Shown: one piece after another, positions 1-13,177 of the stretch
Numbering within the stretch: the first letter of the stretch is position 1
How the letters are laid out: the number at the start of each line of letters is the position of its first letter
Source: Mizuhopecten yessoensis
Lineage: Eukaryota
Direction: 5' to 3'
NCBI RefSeq assembly: GCF_002113885.1
Contig: NW_018408895.1
Coordinates: forward strand, 1,057,565-1,121,564
Length of the DNA stretch: 64,000 nucleotides
The notes under the pieces: model-generated
Told to the model about the DNA's origin: nothing
The model's database searches: none
What the model saw: the letters and a program-made list of their open reading frames with translations, nothing else
Translations under genes and position numbers: made by a program

Positions 1-342
1 TCCCCCTCAATTTTGTTACTTATATGGTATAAGACAATGTATAAGCTCCTCCCTACACCCACGTGTTCTGTAAACAGTCCCCCTCAATTTTGTTACTTAT
101 ATGGTATAAGACAATGTATAAGCTCCTCCCTACACCCACGTGTTCTGTAAACAGTCCCCCTCAACTTTGTTACTTATATGGTATAAGACAATGGATAAAT
201 CCTCCCTACACCCACAGTACGTGTTTTGTAAACAGTCCCCCTCAATTTTGTTACTTATATGGTATAAGACAATGTATAAATCCTCCCTACACCCACAGTA
301 CGTGTTCTGTAAACAGTCCCCCTCAATTTTGTTACTTATATG
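1..342. repeat. Tandem repeat, 77-81 bp unit, ~4.3 copies, truncated by window start
   Basis: TCCCCCTCAATTTTGTTACTTATATGGTATAAGACAATG recurs at 1, 78, 155, 236 and (partial) 317. Confidence 0.95.
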
Positions 343-1099
343 AAACAGGATCAATTGCAGATGATTACCCTATTCTCAATAGAGGCATTGCTCAGAATAA
401 AATAGACTTGTTCATTTGTAAATAAATTACATTGTTTTACTGTTGAGCCTGTTTTTTGTGTCCGTTCTGTCCAGTTCGTTGGTGTGATCTGTTTGTCCAA
501 TTCTGTGGGGACATGTTGGTATGGGGGAGATTTGGGGTCAGTGTCAGAAAATCAATCTCCTCCCTCTGTCTAATCAAGACAGACTTGTGTACTGTAGGCA
601 GTGAGAGGAAGGTGATGCAGATCTCTACCACGGTGGTGAAACTGAACTAGGAATGAATACTTAAAATCAGGATGAAATCCTCAGGGCATTTCTTGTCACC
701 TGAATCACGATTTTACCAGCATGACCTTGGGGCTTTTGATTGCAATATATGGAAATTGAGTTGTCATTTTGAAATTCATTAACTATTACACAACTTTTGG
801 AAATTTACAGAACTTGTTATCAAGAACTGCACTCTCTGTGATATGTGTGACATAACACAGGACAACTGAATGCTGTATATGTCATATATATTATTATGTA
901 AAATTAGGTAACACCATCATCTGATCGTGTTGTTATAATATAAAAGGTTACTGAGTGCACCCCTATCAGATATATGTATCCCACATGCGTAAAAGTGGGA
1001 GAAATATTCCTCGTGAATGCTGAGTGCCATATAGAAATCTTCCATGTGATTACATGGCATGTTTAACAAATCTGATAACAGACATTAGAAACTATCACC

Positions 1100-2040
1100 A
1101 ATCAAAAATAAGCCAGGTAACGGCCGGTGGCCATTTGCCAAATCGTAAACCGAAGTCACGGTAGTTTTTGCATCGCCATAGCACACCTACATACCAAATG
1201 TAATATAAAAATTAGACAGTATCAAAACTTAAAACAGTCATCAGCTGCGGTGGCCATTTTGGATGTGCAGCTGTGAAATAAAGGTTTGGTCATGATATTT
1301 ACCTATAGCTACCAATACTCAGGTGACGGTTTGTTGGTTTGGTCATGATATTTTCCTATAGCTACCAATACTCAAGTGAGGTTTTGTAGGTTTGGTCATG
1401 ATATTTACCTATAGCTACCAATACTCAAGTGAGGTTTTGTTGGTTTGGTATTGATATTTACCTATAGCTACCAATACTCAGGTGAGGTTTTGTTGGTTCG
1501 GTCATGATATTTACCTATAGCTACCAATACTCAAGAGAGGGCTTGTTGGTTTGGCCATGATATTTACCTATAGCTACCAATAATCAAGTGAGGTTTTGTA
1601 GGTTTGGTCATGTTATTTACCTATAGCTGCCAATACTCAGGTGACGGTTTGTTGGTTTGGTCGTGATATTTACCTATAGCTACCAATACTCAGGGGAGGT
1701 TTTGTTGGGTTGGTCATGATATTTACCTATAGCTACCGATACTCAGGTGACGGTTTGTAGGTTTGGTCATGACATTTACCTATAGCTACCAATACTCAAG
1801 TGAGGTTTTGTAGGTTTGGTCATGATATTACCTATAGCTACCAATACTCAGGTGACGGTTTGTTGTTTTGGTCATGATATTTACCTATAGCTACCAATAC
1901 TCAAGTGAGGTTTTGTTAGGTTGGACAAATATTTTCTGAGAGTGTCAAACAATTAAATAGCAGCAGAAGAGATAAAACTAAAATAGCTCGGTCAAAAACA
2001 AGACCCTCCTAGTTGTTTTAGGACTTGATAATAATAACTA
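1100..2040 (-). mobile_element. Probable degenerate HINE/Helentron-like non-autonomous element hosting the 53-bp array
   Basis: Minus-strand start TTATTATCAAGTCCT...AGGAGGGTCTTGTTTT; internal CAAAATGGCCACC motif and TTGGACAAATATTTT motif resembling such elements; ends poorly defined. Confidence 0.4.
1283..1924. repeat. Minisatellite, 53 bp unit, ~12 copies
   Basis: GGTTTGGTCATGATATTTACCTATAGCTACCAATACTCA(A/G)GTGA... repeated at ~53 bp period. Confidence 0.97.
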
Positions 2041-3048
2041 AAAAATACAGATAATTAACACCGGCAAAATACAAATGCCATTGAGTTGCTTATATGTAGC
2101 TAACATCTCATCTGAAGAGTTTAGATTTTTTTATGGATGCATGTTTTGCGATTACCTCTTCCTGTGCTTACCTGTACAATATCTGGTTCTATAAATCTTA
2201 CTTATTATATTTAAAAAAAAGGAGGAATTAATCAGAAAAAGCAACTTTTTTTTCCAGGCTTCAAAGTGAGATATTTTTTGTTTTTTTTGAGAACTAGGTC
2301 ACTAATGTCATGTTTTTATACATGAAGTTTGAATATTCAGATGAAAAATATATATTTGATATCAATGTTATCAAGTAGCTTGAAAATGATGTACATGTAT
2401 AGATCAATTGGTATATATACCCTAAATCAACAGTGGGTTTATTCTCCATTATGTACACTGATGGAGGAAGAATCACTCTATTAGAATTGTTTGCCCTTTT
2501 TGAGAAGAGTTTTTGTGTTTTTGAGTAAATGTAATGCTCATCAATTCATCACAGAGACATTTTTCTCGTATGTTTCTGTTAATTCACTGTCATAAAAAGT
2601 TAAAAAATAATAAAAAATAAATCATACAAACTAATAAAAAAAGCTGCTGGATCGCGTTGAATGGTGTAGACAACCTGTAGATAACAGTTTTACCGTGAGA
2701 TTTATCACTTTAATTCTCAGTTGGTAGAACGCGAGATACACTCAGCATGGTAGGTTTGTAATTACCTGCACATGTAGAGATTTCTAGGGTGTAAGTTAGA
2801 TGTTTGGAAGGTAAATGCGTACAGTTTTTCACACGGATTTTCTATAAAGATCAATCTCCAAATGGTTAATGACACTATTGCTAGCATTTAAAATTTTCTT
2901 CTGATGAATTTTGGTGATGACAGAAATATCATGAGTGGTTTACATAATTGATATGCTGTTAATTTGATAAAGTATCTATTGGACCTATATGTCGGTACAT
3001 TTGGATACAAATGCAGTATAATCTGAATTAACCAACACCTGCATTTAT

Positions 3049-3322
3049 GGACATTCTGTACTTCACGGGAACCTGTCTTTATGGACATCTAGCTAAAAGA
3101 ACATTCTGTACTTCACTGTAACCTGTCTTTACAGACATCTGGTTAAAAAGACATATGTATACTATGTTAAAGTGAAACCTAACTTTACCAAAACCTGACT
3201 TAAAGGACATCCTGTGCTATAGAGAAACCTAACTTTACCAAAACCTGACTTAAAGGATATCCTGTGCTACAGAGAAACCTAACTTTACCAAAGCCTGACT
3301 TAAAGGACATCCTGTGCTATAT
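3049..3322. repeat. Short tandem repeat, ~50 bp unit (2 diverged + 3 near-identical copies)
   Basis: GAAACCTAACTTTACCAAAACCTGACTTAAAGGACATCCTGTGCTA x3 at 3174-3322, preceded by ACATTCTGTACTTCAC...AACCTGTCTTTA..GACATCT x2. Confidence 0.85.
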
Positions 3323-6300
3323 TTGATTTTAAAGCTTAGAAAAAAGACAATTTTTTCTGTTGTTAGCCTTGACTTGACTGACAAACTGTCATATCCAATG
3401 AAACAATGAAGTCTCTCTAAATGTGGTTAATTTAATTATGTATGAACCTCTACTTACACTCGATTGAGTTGTCTGTACTTGACTGTTACTGTAAAGAGAA
3501 CTCTGACGTGTGGTGAAGTATGTGTAGATGATGAAGTTTACTGAAGTCTACAACAGACCAAACCTGAAGTGTAAGTTAATGTTATCCAAGAACTAGAGAC
3601 ACACAGAATACATATTCGTGATGTAAAATTTACTTTTCATGCTGCTTACATCAAGACTCTCCATAAAGACAATGACGGTAATATTCTATTACAGCCACTT
3701 CAGCTTATGGTCGCCTCTTTAGAGTCTTCAGATCCAGAAAGATCTAATATGAACTGATAACTTTGATATGTCTGTAGCTGTACATACATCACTATTATGT
3801 GTCTACTAGGAAGAGGAGAGGCATTCAAATAATACATTTACAACGACATGTGAGACCCAGTTCTATTTCACATGTGTTCTCCTATAGGATGGAAGCAATG
3901 ATAAGCTTGCTATTTCTGATCCATCATCATGTGTGGTCAATTATTTCCAATCTGATTGTTTTTTGAGTTATTGATGGTGATTTGGTATGATAGGATGAAA
4001 GGTTAGCACCCAAAACCTATTACAGATATCCTAAGTATCATAAGCTGGGAGAAACTACCAACACTTTGTAGAAAACAAATGATTTTAGAAAACAAGCTTA
4101 TAATTCCCCTCAAGTATTCCTAGTTTTGCCAGGGATTACTTTATCAGTGTTATGACCATTAAGTTTGAGAGTGTTGTACTGGTAGTTTCCCTTGTGTTAC
4201 TGGATCAAAACAGATCCGATGTAAAGGTTAAGATTACTAATACTAAAGTTGAAATCTCAAGGAAGGGTTCAACTCCTGAGCCGTTGTTTTATTAATTGGA
4301 GTAGTCTCTCTGTATATAAAATTTAAATCAATACAACAGATTTTTTCTGGCAAAGTGTTACTTCCCTTTGCAAGGTATTCATCTTTCATTTTGATACTTT
4401 GCATTTACATTTCCTGTGAAAAGCACTGGTAAATTGTGAAAGACTGTAATTCTGTCAAAGGTATTCTGTAGAAAATGGCAAATAAATATTTCAGTACCAG
4501 TAAGTGCCAGTAGTAATACAGTAATATATATTTGTATTTTAACTCACTGCACTGTACTTTATACTTTAATTGCAAATGCTAAAATGTTTGACTAAAATAG
4601 GATAGCCATAAAACTGTGAAGTGGCATTATCTAAGGAGAATATTGTCTTTACATATTTATATATATAAGTCAGGATCTCATGGATAAAAGTTGTACATAA
4701 GTAATAACTTGTGCATGGCAACATTATACTGTCACACTAGATGTGGATTGTATAATTTATGAAATGAATGCTTTGTGATATAAACCTAATAGAGTATTAT
4801 TAGAGGTTGCAACATTTTAAGAATGTTCATCAGAACGGAGGAAATCCAGGAACTATATTTGATTCTAACTTTGTGTTGTTAGAAGATCTTTATAAGAAAG
4901 TTAAATTGAACATCAATAGTATTTGGATTACCTAAATGGGCCTTTGTTAAGGTAATTGCCTTACCTGACAAGATATTATATTAAATACCATGGTTTTAGC
5001 TGAATCGCTCACATTTGCACAAAAAGCATGATGAAGAGATTCGGCTGATCAGATGGTGATGAAACATACGGCCATGTCTGTGTTCAGCCACTGGCTATAA
5101 TTTAACTTCACTAATGAATAGCAGTGTATGTGGTGGAAAAAAATAAGTGTACGTAAATCGCTGTAAAATATTTGAAAATTTCGGGGGAAAACTCAATTAT
5201 ATGAACAATTTTCTATTATTCTTTTTCATTAAATAACCATGGCACCAAAAAGCACAAACAAACCAAATCTATTGCTGTATTGTGGTAATATTTTGAAGGC
5301 TATTAAGTATTTAACAGCAGACGAGGAGAATTCGTAGAATCTTAAACACAATTATTAGATAGCATGTGATCTTTAAAGTTACCGTGCTGCAAATCGGTTG
5401 GAAAACCTGGGGTTAAAATTGCAGTCATAAAATTCCATAAATAATTTAAGTGTATTAAGTTGAAAAGATTTAAAAATTCAGTGACTTATATTTATGTCCA
5501 GTATACTAAGCTTGCAAAACCTATTCCTGACTGCATGCTACGTATCTCACCAGTTACAGGGTTGAGGCCAGGTTTACGTCATTATTGTGCATACGCGAAT
5601 TCATGAGATGTCACGAGAGCAGAATTCAGCGATTAGCGACTATATCTTCAACTTGGTCAGAGGTAATGCTTCCACAATCAATGTGCTGAGTGTTACTTTT
5701 AGCCAATTCAGTTCTCACCTGTCAAGTAAAAGCCTTGCAACTCCTAGTGGTAACAACAGGACAACATTGTGTTCCTATCGTCATTTTATGTAGGATGATG
5801 AAAACTTGGGACAGAAGTGATAATTAATACCTACATATTTTGGTAAGTTTTACGAAGGATGATAGAGGAAGTAGATTGAAACAGGTAGGTATTTTATATA
5901 AAGGGCGAGAAGAGCCAACGCCGTTCCAATATTAGGTAGGATCCTTTATATATTTTGTTACGTTTTATGAAAGGTGATAAAAGAAGTAGATTGGAAAAGA
6001 TGTGATAATCACTACTTACATATTCCTAAGGAAGAAGTTCATTGTCCCCTTATTCTAGCATAATGAGCATGAAAATAAGAGGTTCTTGTTGTAGTTTCTG
6101 TGAATTCTTCAAGCAGTTGGTGATTGCTTCTTTGAATAGTACAAATGAACAGGAAAGGAAATGATGCATCTTACTGCAAAAGTGCTCATGTTTTTTGCAC
6201 TGAGTAAAAGTATTATAAAATGTCCACAGACAAAAATCTGTTAGTAGAATATATGGATAATAGATACATATTCTATGTTGATTTATATATCAATGTCAAC

Positions 6301-6354
6301 ATAAAAAAATTCCATGTTGCAAACAGTTCAAATGTGAACATTTCCACAAACAAA

Positions 6355-6535
6355 CATTTTCTTTATTACAGTATTAAGTATGATGTCTGATTTGAAGCAT
6401 TTTCTTTATTACAGTACGTATTAAGTATGATGTCCGATTTGAAGCATTTTCTTTATTACAGTATTAAGTATGATGTCCGATTTAAAGCATTTTCTTTATT
6501 ACAGTATTAAGTATGATGTCTGATTTGAAGTATTT
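6355..6535. repeat. Tandem repeat, 43 bp unit, 4 copies
   Basis: CATTTTCTTTATTACAGTATTAAGTATGATGTC(C/T)GATTT at 6355, 6398, 6445, 6488. Confidence 0.95.
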
Positions 6536-9321
6536 TGCAACTATCTGTAATATCATTACGGCCATGGAGCTGTCCTTTTGTTCTTGTTTTTCGTTTTGAA
6601 CTTCTGTATAGGTTTTAAGTTATTTATGTTTAATTTGCATATTTCTTGTTTGTCAAAATTAAACATTGTTTGGAGAGATAGACCTCGACCGTTTATCTGT
6701 TTCAACGAGTCCCCTGGATGCACTGGACACTCATTGTCTGGGACGAGGCCAGTCCTGTTTTGACTTATCTCTAATATGAAGTGCTCTTTTATAGCTTTCT
6801 TCAGTTAATGTTTCCCTGCAATCCAGTCTGCATGTCCAGATATATTTATATTTTTGTCCAAGACTGTTCAAATTATCAACAAAGGGCGGGTGAGATTGCT
6901 GCTGTTGTTATTCTTTGCTGAAGCACAACAGCAGCAGATATTCCTTTATCTGAGAGGTAGTTTTACTCTAAGGTTTATGGTAGGTATACTCAAACTACTG
7001 TCTATAAATGCAGATACACAAGAATTCTGTTACTGTTTACATCTAACTCAATATTTACAATTGATCCTTGAGTAACTCTACAAGATGTTTATGGACCTAC
7101 CAGCCTTGAGACGGAAAATAAGTTCATGGTCCTACCAACCACGAGTCTGATCACACCGTTCATTGAATCGGCCATATTATGCACAATATTCATGGAACCA
7201 CAAAATCGGAACCTAACTAGACAATATTTATGGGATGACTGTAAACATGGTCAAGTAAATGGAACCAGCTACCCTGAGTCTAATGGTCCAACATGTCCAT
7301 GGACCGGCATCAACCCTCAGGGGCATGAAAATGCTACTGTACCAATGAGAACATACATCATGTACTTAAAACCATCCATTTATCTCTGAAGTAACCAGCT
7401 TCTTAGTCAGGTTCATCATAGGTGACCGACAATGATCTATAGAGACCATTTTCTAGAATTAAGCGGCCACATACATGACCATGACCGAAATGTTCCACTC
7501 AGCAGTATAAACTGACCATAACATAGCAGGGACATTGGGCACACAGAACAAAGAGGTCAGGAGGTGGTAATTGTACAAGTGATGGTCAGGAGGTAGTTAA
7601 TTGAGTGGAAGCTGTGTTGAAGTAACTTAATTATCCCTGTGATATTTGTACAGGTCGCTGGGGCTGGTGAAATCACAGTTTACTCCTAATCACATTGTAG
7701 GAGGTGAGGCAATAATTGACAAAACACACTGAGCCGGGATACTATTGCCTCTCTGACGAAGCTGTGTCACCCAGCAAGTCTACGCCAACGTTTGGCGGTG
7801 AAGCTGCCACTCTAATGTGTCCAGAAACTAGTGACCATCCAGTACGTTGAGAAAAAAATCCCACTTAGGAGTTTGCCGTAGACATGATAATTACTACAAA
7901 TTACTTGTTTCTTTCCCTCTGTATTTTTCGTTCCACCAGACAAGAAGGAGATTTTTGCAGGCATCTGTCAATCGGTTGGTTGTTGATTGCCTAGGCCGGC
8001 CAATTCTGCATCCTGCTGGGAAATACCATCACACTTTATAAAATATTTTATGACCAAATCCGAGAATTTCAATAAATTGGTGGAGTTTTTTCAGTCACCA
8101 ATGTTGATCAAATTAAACCTAATGATTGGTTTTGCATATGTTATAATCATAGATTGCCTGCCAGACTGACAGTAAAGTGCTAATTCCCACCAACATCTAA
8201 CATTGATACCTTGCCCCAGGCATCGTTGCAGCTAATAACCAATTTCTCTGGTACAGGATATTACGCTTTTCTCTGAGAATGTTTCCCGATTCTTAAAGCA
8301 GTATTATCAATTTGTAATATATTCTCCCCTTTCTGAGGCACAACTTCATTACAAACACAGGATAAACTTCTAGATTGCAGGGAAAATTGATAGTTTTTTT
8401 TTATGTACAAATCTTTACAAATATTCACCGATCTTGTCGATAAGCACAGATTGGTATGCATACTGGCATGGAAATGTAAGAATTTGGTCAATATTAATTA
8501 ATCCAAATGTGTCGCAGCGGGGGACCCAGGAATTTTTAAACTCAGAAAAAGACTCAAAAAAATTTATAAATTATAATTGTCATGTCGGTTGTACATGTAT
8601 ACTACTTTCTGGCACCAAACAATATATAGAACTTCATTATATCTGAGATTGTGACAATTATAATTTCTCTGCCGAGCTGAGCGAGACTATTTTTTTCTTT
8701 CTGAAGATTAAATACTAAACCTGTTCAAGCACTGCCAAGCGTAGAAAGCTAGAATTTATCGGACATTATTTCCATTGTCAAACAGATCGAATAAGGTATA
8801 GAATATGTTTTTTTAACATAGAGTATTTATATTTTATGATGGCAGAATTCTCTGAAACAATGGTAAAAATGTAGGTTTTAGGTTAAAATGTTGATGTTTG
8901 TGTCATGCCTTTCATGTGCCTGTAGTATAGGCGAGCTTTTTGGCAATTAAATATTGATTTATTTCGTCATTAATATGAATTATGATTTGACTGTTTGTCT
9001 TTTATTGTGAATTTGTATGCATGCAAATGTACGAGGGCAACACCTGTTAAAAAGGATATATATATACATGCCAGGCTTTTATGATAACGTGATGCTAAGG
9101 TGGATGCTTTATTGTCTTTGAAACATACAGATTGAGCGCTCGCCAGTATGGGCGGGGCCAAATGACCGAGTTTTGAAAGCTTCTTTCCGATTGGTCAGTC
9201 CGCTGCGGAATGACACGTCGCCAGTTCAGGTCACAAAGTACTTTACTACGTACTTTTGTACAAGGAAATACAAAGTTTCAAAACATATTAGCTTGGCATA
9301 TTTGTTAAGATGTGTTAGAAT

Positions 9322-9466
9322 GGGGATAGTATGTTTTTTTTTGAGTCTATACTGGCGATTAGAACATGAAATTTGGTTTTAACTCTCGACCTATTGGTCT
9401 CGAGTTCAAACCAAAATTTCATGTTCTTATCGCCAGTATAGCCACTCAAAACAACGTACTATCCCC
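9322..9466. mobile_element. Fold-back (palindromic) element, ~70 bp arms, 4 nt loop
   Basis: GGGGATAGTA...ATACTGGCGAT..AGAACATGAAATTTGGTTT..AACTC..GACC-TATT-GGTC..GAGTT..AAACCAAAATTTCATGTTCT..ATCGCCAGTAT...TACTATCCCC. Confidence 0.8.
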
Positions 9467-10133
9467 TAAGTAGTGAAGATGAAATAAATCAAAACAGAAA
9501 TCGTGAATGTGTAAAGGTTATGTAGAGTTTTACCTACAGCGGGACAGGGATCGTTATATTGAACCTGTGTAATCAAATACCTGTTGCTTATCAATGACAA
9601 TATTGGCCCCAGTGGTATTTTCAGTAGACAGGTTCTGGTGTAATAGAGTAATGAAAATATCTGTAAACACCTTCACAGCAGAAACAGCTCAAACAGGTCA
9701 GTTTATTCCAGTGTCATTGTCCACCAGTATCTGGTCATCAATCCACCAGTTTAGTACTGGACACACTACATAGGTTCTGGTGTACGATACTTGGAGTGAT
9801 AACAATTCACAGACCGTTACGGACTCGCAGGTGAACGACTTGATCAGTGCGGGTGTTTAATGGTGCATTCAGATGTATGTTCCCGATTTATAGGCCCATC
9901 ACAATACAATAGCAACAGTATTGATTAGAAAACACTTCAATGATGACTGGTCAGTTTTCAAGTGCTGGTCAATAAATAGGCTTCAGCTCGGAAAGGGTAC
10001 CCAGTACTTCTGTACCCGTTACCTTAGATGATTGCAGGCTGTATCTCCACAAAGCATCGTTGGCTTTGTTTATCATAGTCTCACAACACATATTGCATTA
10101 TCTATGTATTGCGATGGGAGGATACAGAGAAAA

Positions 10134-10335
10134 TGCTGTATACTGGGAAATGTTTGATGCAGTTTAACTTTGTTTAACTTTTGCCTTTTTGCCCTCCTTA
10201 ATGAGGGCGAATTTATCATAACAGCAAATATTAAAACACAGCATTCAATGTATAGAAATTGCATGTGAAGGCGAAATTTACACTGAGTAAACCTGGATTT
10301 TATTGGCAAAGGGCGAACATTTCCGGTATACAGTA
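10134..10335. mobile_element. MITE with CTGTATAC...GTATACAG terminal inverted repeats
   Basis: Left CTGTATACTGGGAAATGTTTG versus right CGAACATTTCCGGTATACAG-TA; internal TTTTGCC/GGCGAA subterminal motifs. Confidence 0.7.
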
Positions 10336-11730
10336 TAACTATCGTATAACATTACCTATGTTGTTTGGTTAAGACACATTTCACTGTACAACAGTACTCT
10401 TTGTGTTTTCTTATAAAAACTTGCTGCGTTTCACATTGTATCAGGTTTTGTGTTAGAGTTATCTCCCTCAGTTTTTTAATTGGTTATATTAAATTATTAA
10501 ATGTACCAGATCATCATTAATTAATGCAAGAGTTTGTTGGTACCTCTTAATTGTTACTCATTATCATATTTCAAAAGATATATTTCATAGGTTTTCTAGA
10601 AGAAAAACACTTTGAAAAGAACGTCAGAGTAAGATAATATATATTTGGTTATCATGAGGTGACCACTATCTAGACGAGTGACCAATCTGATTCTCAAATT
10701 CTGACAGCACTGATTTGGCTGTTTCAAAACTTCATGAAATAAAGATAGGAGGAGTGTGTGTCATGGAAGCATTGTTTGTTGGCATTCAAAATATCCTATA
10801 CTCAACACCGATGTTTAAAGAGTCTATATCCTAATGTCATTGTAGAATGGAAAACAACATTCAGCTTGAAATTCTGAATTAACGTTACTTTCGGTGGTGA
10901 GGCTTCATATGAATCTAAATGGTTTCTTTTACACATGAGGCCTTTACCGGGAACTCCTGAGTTTCATTTCAGGAGCAAAGCATGAAGACTTTCAAAGATT
11001 TTTGGTTTAACCGTTTCTTCCCCCATGATCCACCCCCACCCCATCACCACCTCTCACGCCCTCACCAAGATGTTCAAATTAATTTGTCTAGTTCCTTCCC
11101 AAGCCTCTGTGACAGCTAACCAAAGCTCTGTAAGGCAGTGAGCTGTTTAATGAGAGCCAAGTTATTACAGCAGAGACAAATACCAAGTATAGAAAGGCTT
11201 ACCGATTCCATTGATACAGCCCTTATATAAGAACTGATGTTACGCCAAATTACTCTGAAGATTACCCATAACATACTGCTTACAACATCCTTATGGTGGC
11301 ATTTCTGACAGCATAAATCAAGAATGTATTATTCTATCACAGCTAAAATGGCCCTGTAAGTTTGATAGATTACAGACTGTTGTCTGTGCAAAATCAGGCA
11401 TTAAAGTGATGCTTTGTCTGTGGGCAGTGTTGAGGTTTGTCTGTGTGTGGGAAGCGCCTTGGGATTGGAGGCCAAAGTTGTCTGTAGACCGATATGACTT
11501 ATATTGTATTCAATGTAAAGAGTGTGGAAATTGTCTGATGGAAATGTGAATAATTATCAGACTGGTCATTATTGTAACTAAAAAGAACCTATGGTTATTA
11601 CAAACATTTCTTACTACCTAGACCTAATAGCACTGGTCATTACATCAGCATTAAACCTTTCTTACCATGAATGATGGATAGTAAATGTTTTGTTGATTGT
11701 TTGTCATTTACATCCATCAACAGCTATGAT

Positions 11731-11979
11731 GGTCGGGTGGTCGGGTGGCGCAGTGGATAACGCACTCGCCTTTCACCAAGGCGACCAGGGTTCGATGATT
11801 CCCTGATTGGACGTGAAAAGGTATGAGGTCACCTGCCCGACTACATGGATTTTCCCCGGTTACTCCGGTTTCTTCCCACATTAAGACCCCCTGCACGCTA
11901 ACATCCGGGCCAACAAGAGTGATCAATACAAGTTATATAACTTGTTTCATAATTGTTGTAAAATAAATAAAGTTTATAT
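11731..11979 (+). mobile_element. Full-length tRNA-derived SINE with V-type central domain (family A)
   Basis: A box TGGCGCAGTGG, B box GGTTCGAT, V-like core TTTTCCCCGGTTACTCCGGTTTCTTCCCACA, AT-rich tail; perfect 12-bp TSD AACAGCTATGAT at 11719-11730 and 11980-11991. Confidence 0.92.
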
Positions 11980-12011
11980 AACAGCTATGATCATTTAAGC
12001 CTCCGAGCAAG

Positions 12012-12080
12012 ATTTTGATGGTTGGGGAAAACTGGAGATAAACCACTGACCTGCAGCCCGTACCTGTCTACTACCCAATG
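12012..12080 (-). mobile_element. SINE fragment (family B)
   Basis: GGAAAACTGGAGATAAACCACTGACCTGCAGCCCGTACCTG resembles the reverse complement of the body of the SINE at 16546 and matches the + text of the copy at 53047. Confidence 0.55.
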
Positions 12081-12122
12081 ACTCAGTGAGATTAAGCACA
12101 AAATAAATACTTATATCTATTC

Positions 12123-12833
12123 TACTGTATAACATGAAATGTTTGTTGTGTATAAACTTTCGTTGTTTTCGTGGTTGCTATGGAACAACAAATATAAAAA
12201 CAACGAATATTTCTGCAACCTGAAAGAATGAACACAATGAAAATATGAACATTTTATGAACTTTAAGTAATTGTAGTTCTAAAATGTACGCATTTTTGCA
12301 GCAAATTTACAATTCCGGGTTCCGTCAGTCCGTGTTCCTATTCTAGTTTCTATACTGGTTTTAAATTTCCATGTTATTATGACACAGCGATTCACAAACG
12401 AAGATTTTAAGATAATTAAACACTTCATTTAGAATAAAGATATGATTTTACTGAAATTGTCATGTGTTATCAATCTGTTGTATAAATATCATTTATTATT
12501 GATTAATTAAGTATGTGACCAATCAAGTGAAACGGTAGGCCTATAGGGCGTTGCAAGAACAGGTCAGTGTTTTCTGAGCATGATGTCAACACTCCCACCG
12601 CAGTTATATTCATTTTACCTGTGTGATTATTATTTTAATTGTTTGACATGAAAATAGATGTATAATGAGTGTGACTCGATCTTTGTTATTTCAAAACATT
12701 CTGCAAATGTGTTACAGTGTTGGACATTTCGTTGTACGTGGCTAACAACGAAAATTAATACATTTCGTTGTAAGGGCTAACCACGAAAGTTTGTACCCAC
12801 AAAATACACACAAGCATTTTATGTTATACAGTA
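12123..12833. mobile_element. ~710 bp MITE, TA-flanked, CTGTATAACAT terminal inverted repeats
   Basis: TA-CTGTATAACATGAAATG ... CATTTTATGTTATACAG-TA; subterminal TTTCGTTG/TTTCGTGGTT versus CAACGAAA/AACCACGAAA. Confidence 0.8.
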
Positions 12834-12991
12834 ACTGTCAGCTACCTATAACACCAGTATGTTTGCTATTCCTTCTAATCATGGCATATAACCTAGCACA
12901 AGAATAATGCTAACCTATTTTAATTAAATAGATATTTATGACATCATTACAGTATAATTGTAGTTCCTCGGTAGCAAATACTTAGCACCAG

Positions 12992-13177
12992 GGTGGTTGG
13001 GAGGTGTAGTGGTTACCACACTTACCTTTCACCAAGATGGCTGAGGTTTGATTCGGCATTCAGAGTTTCCTCCCACATTAAATACCCTTGCTCGCTACCA
13101 TCCAGACTAGTAAGAGGGATTTATAAGCTGTTATAACGTAATTCATCATTGTTGTAAAAAAAATATAAAGTTGATAC
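12992..13177 (+). mobile_element. Degenerate, internally deleted SINE (family A)
   Basis: GTAGTGGTTA..CCTTTCACCAAG..GTTTGATTC..GTTTCCTCCCACATTAA..ATTGTTGTAAAA; TSD ACTTAGCACCAG / ACTTAACACCAG (1 mismatch). Confidence 0.8.

Noticed and set aside
441-646. Possible minus-strand exon (TTCCTAG acceptor, one open frame)
   Set aside because: Weak donor (GTAAAA), no recognisable protein similarity, no partner exons seen
4488-4506. TTTCAG-TACCA-GTAAGT as a 5-nt microexon (also CTAG-GGT-GTAAGT near 2785)
   Set aside because: No polypyrimidine tract upstream; expected by chance
7126-7389. 87-aa ATG-initiated ORF and other 60-130 aa non-repeat ORFs (e.g. 44338-44679, 50883-51266)
   Set aside because: No recognisable domains; lengths compatible with chance; no transposase, reverse transcriptase or Rep/helicase motifs seen
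11731-11810. tRNA genes at SINE heads (also 13682, 16546, 30340, 53150)
   Set aside because: No complete cloverleaf; most continue into SINE body sequence
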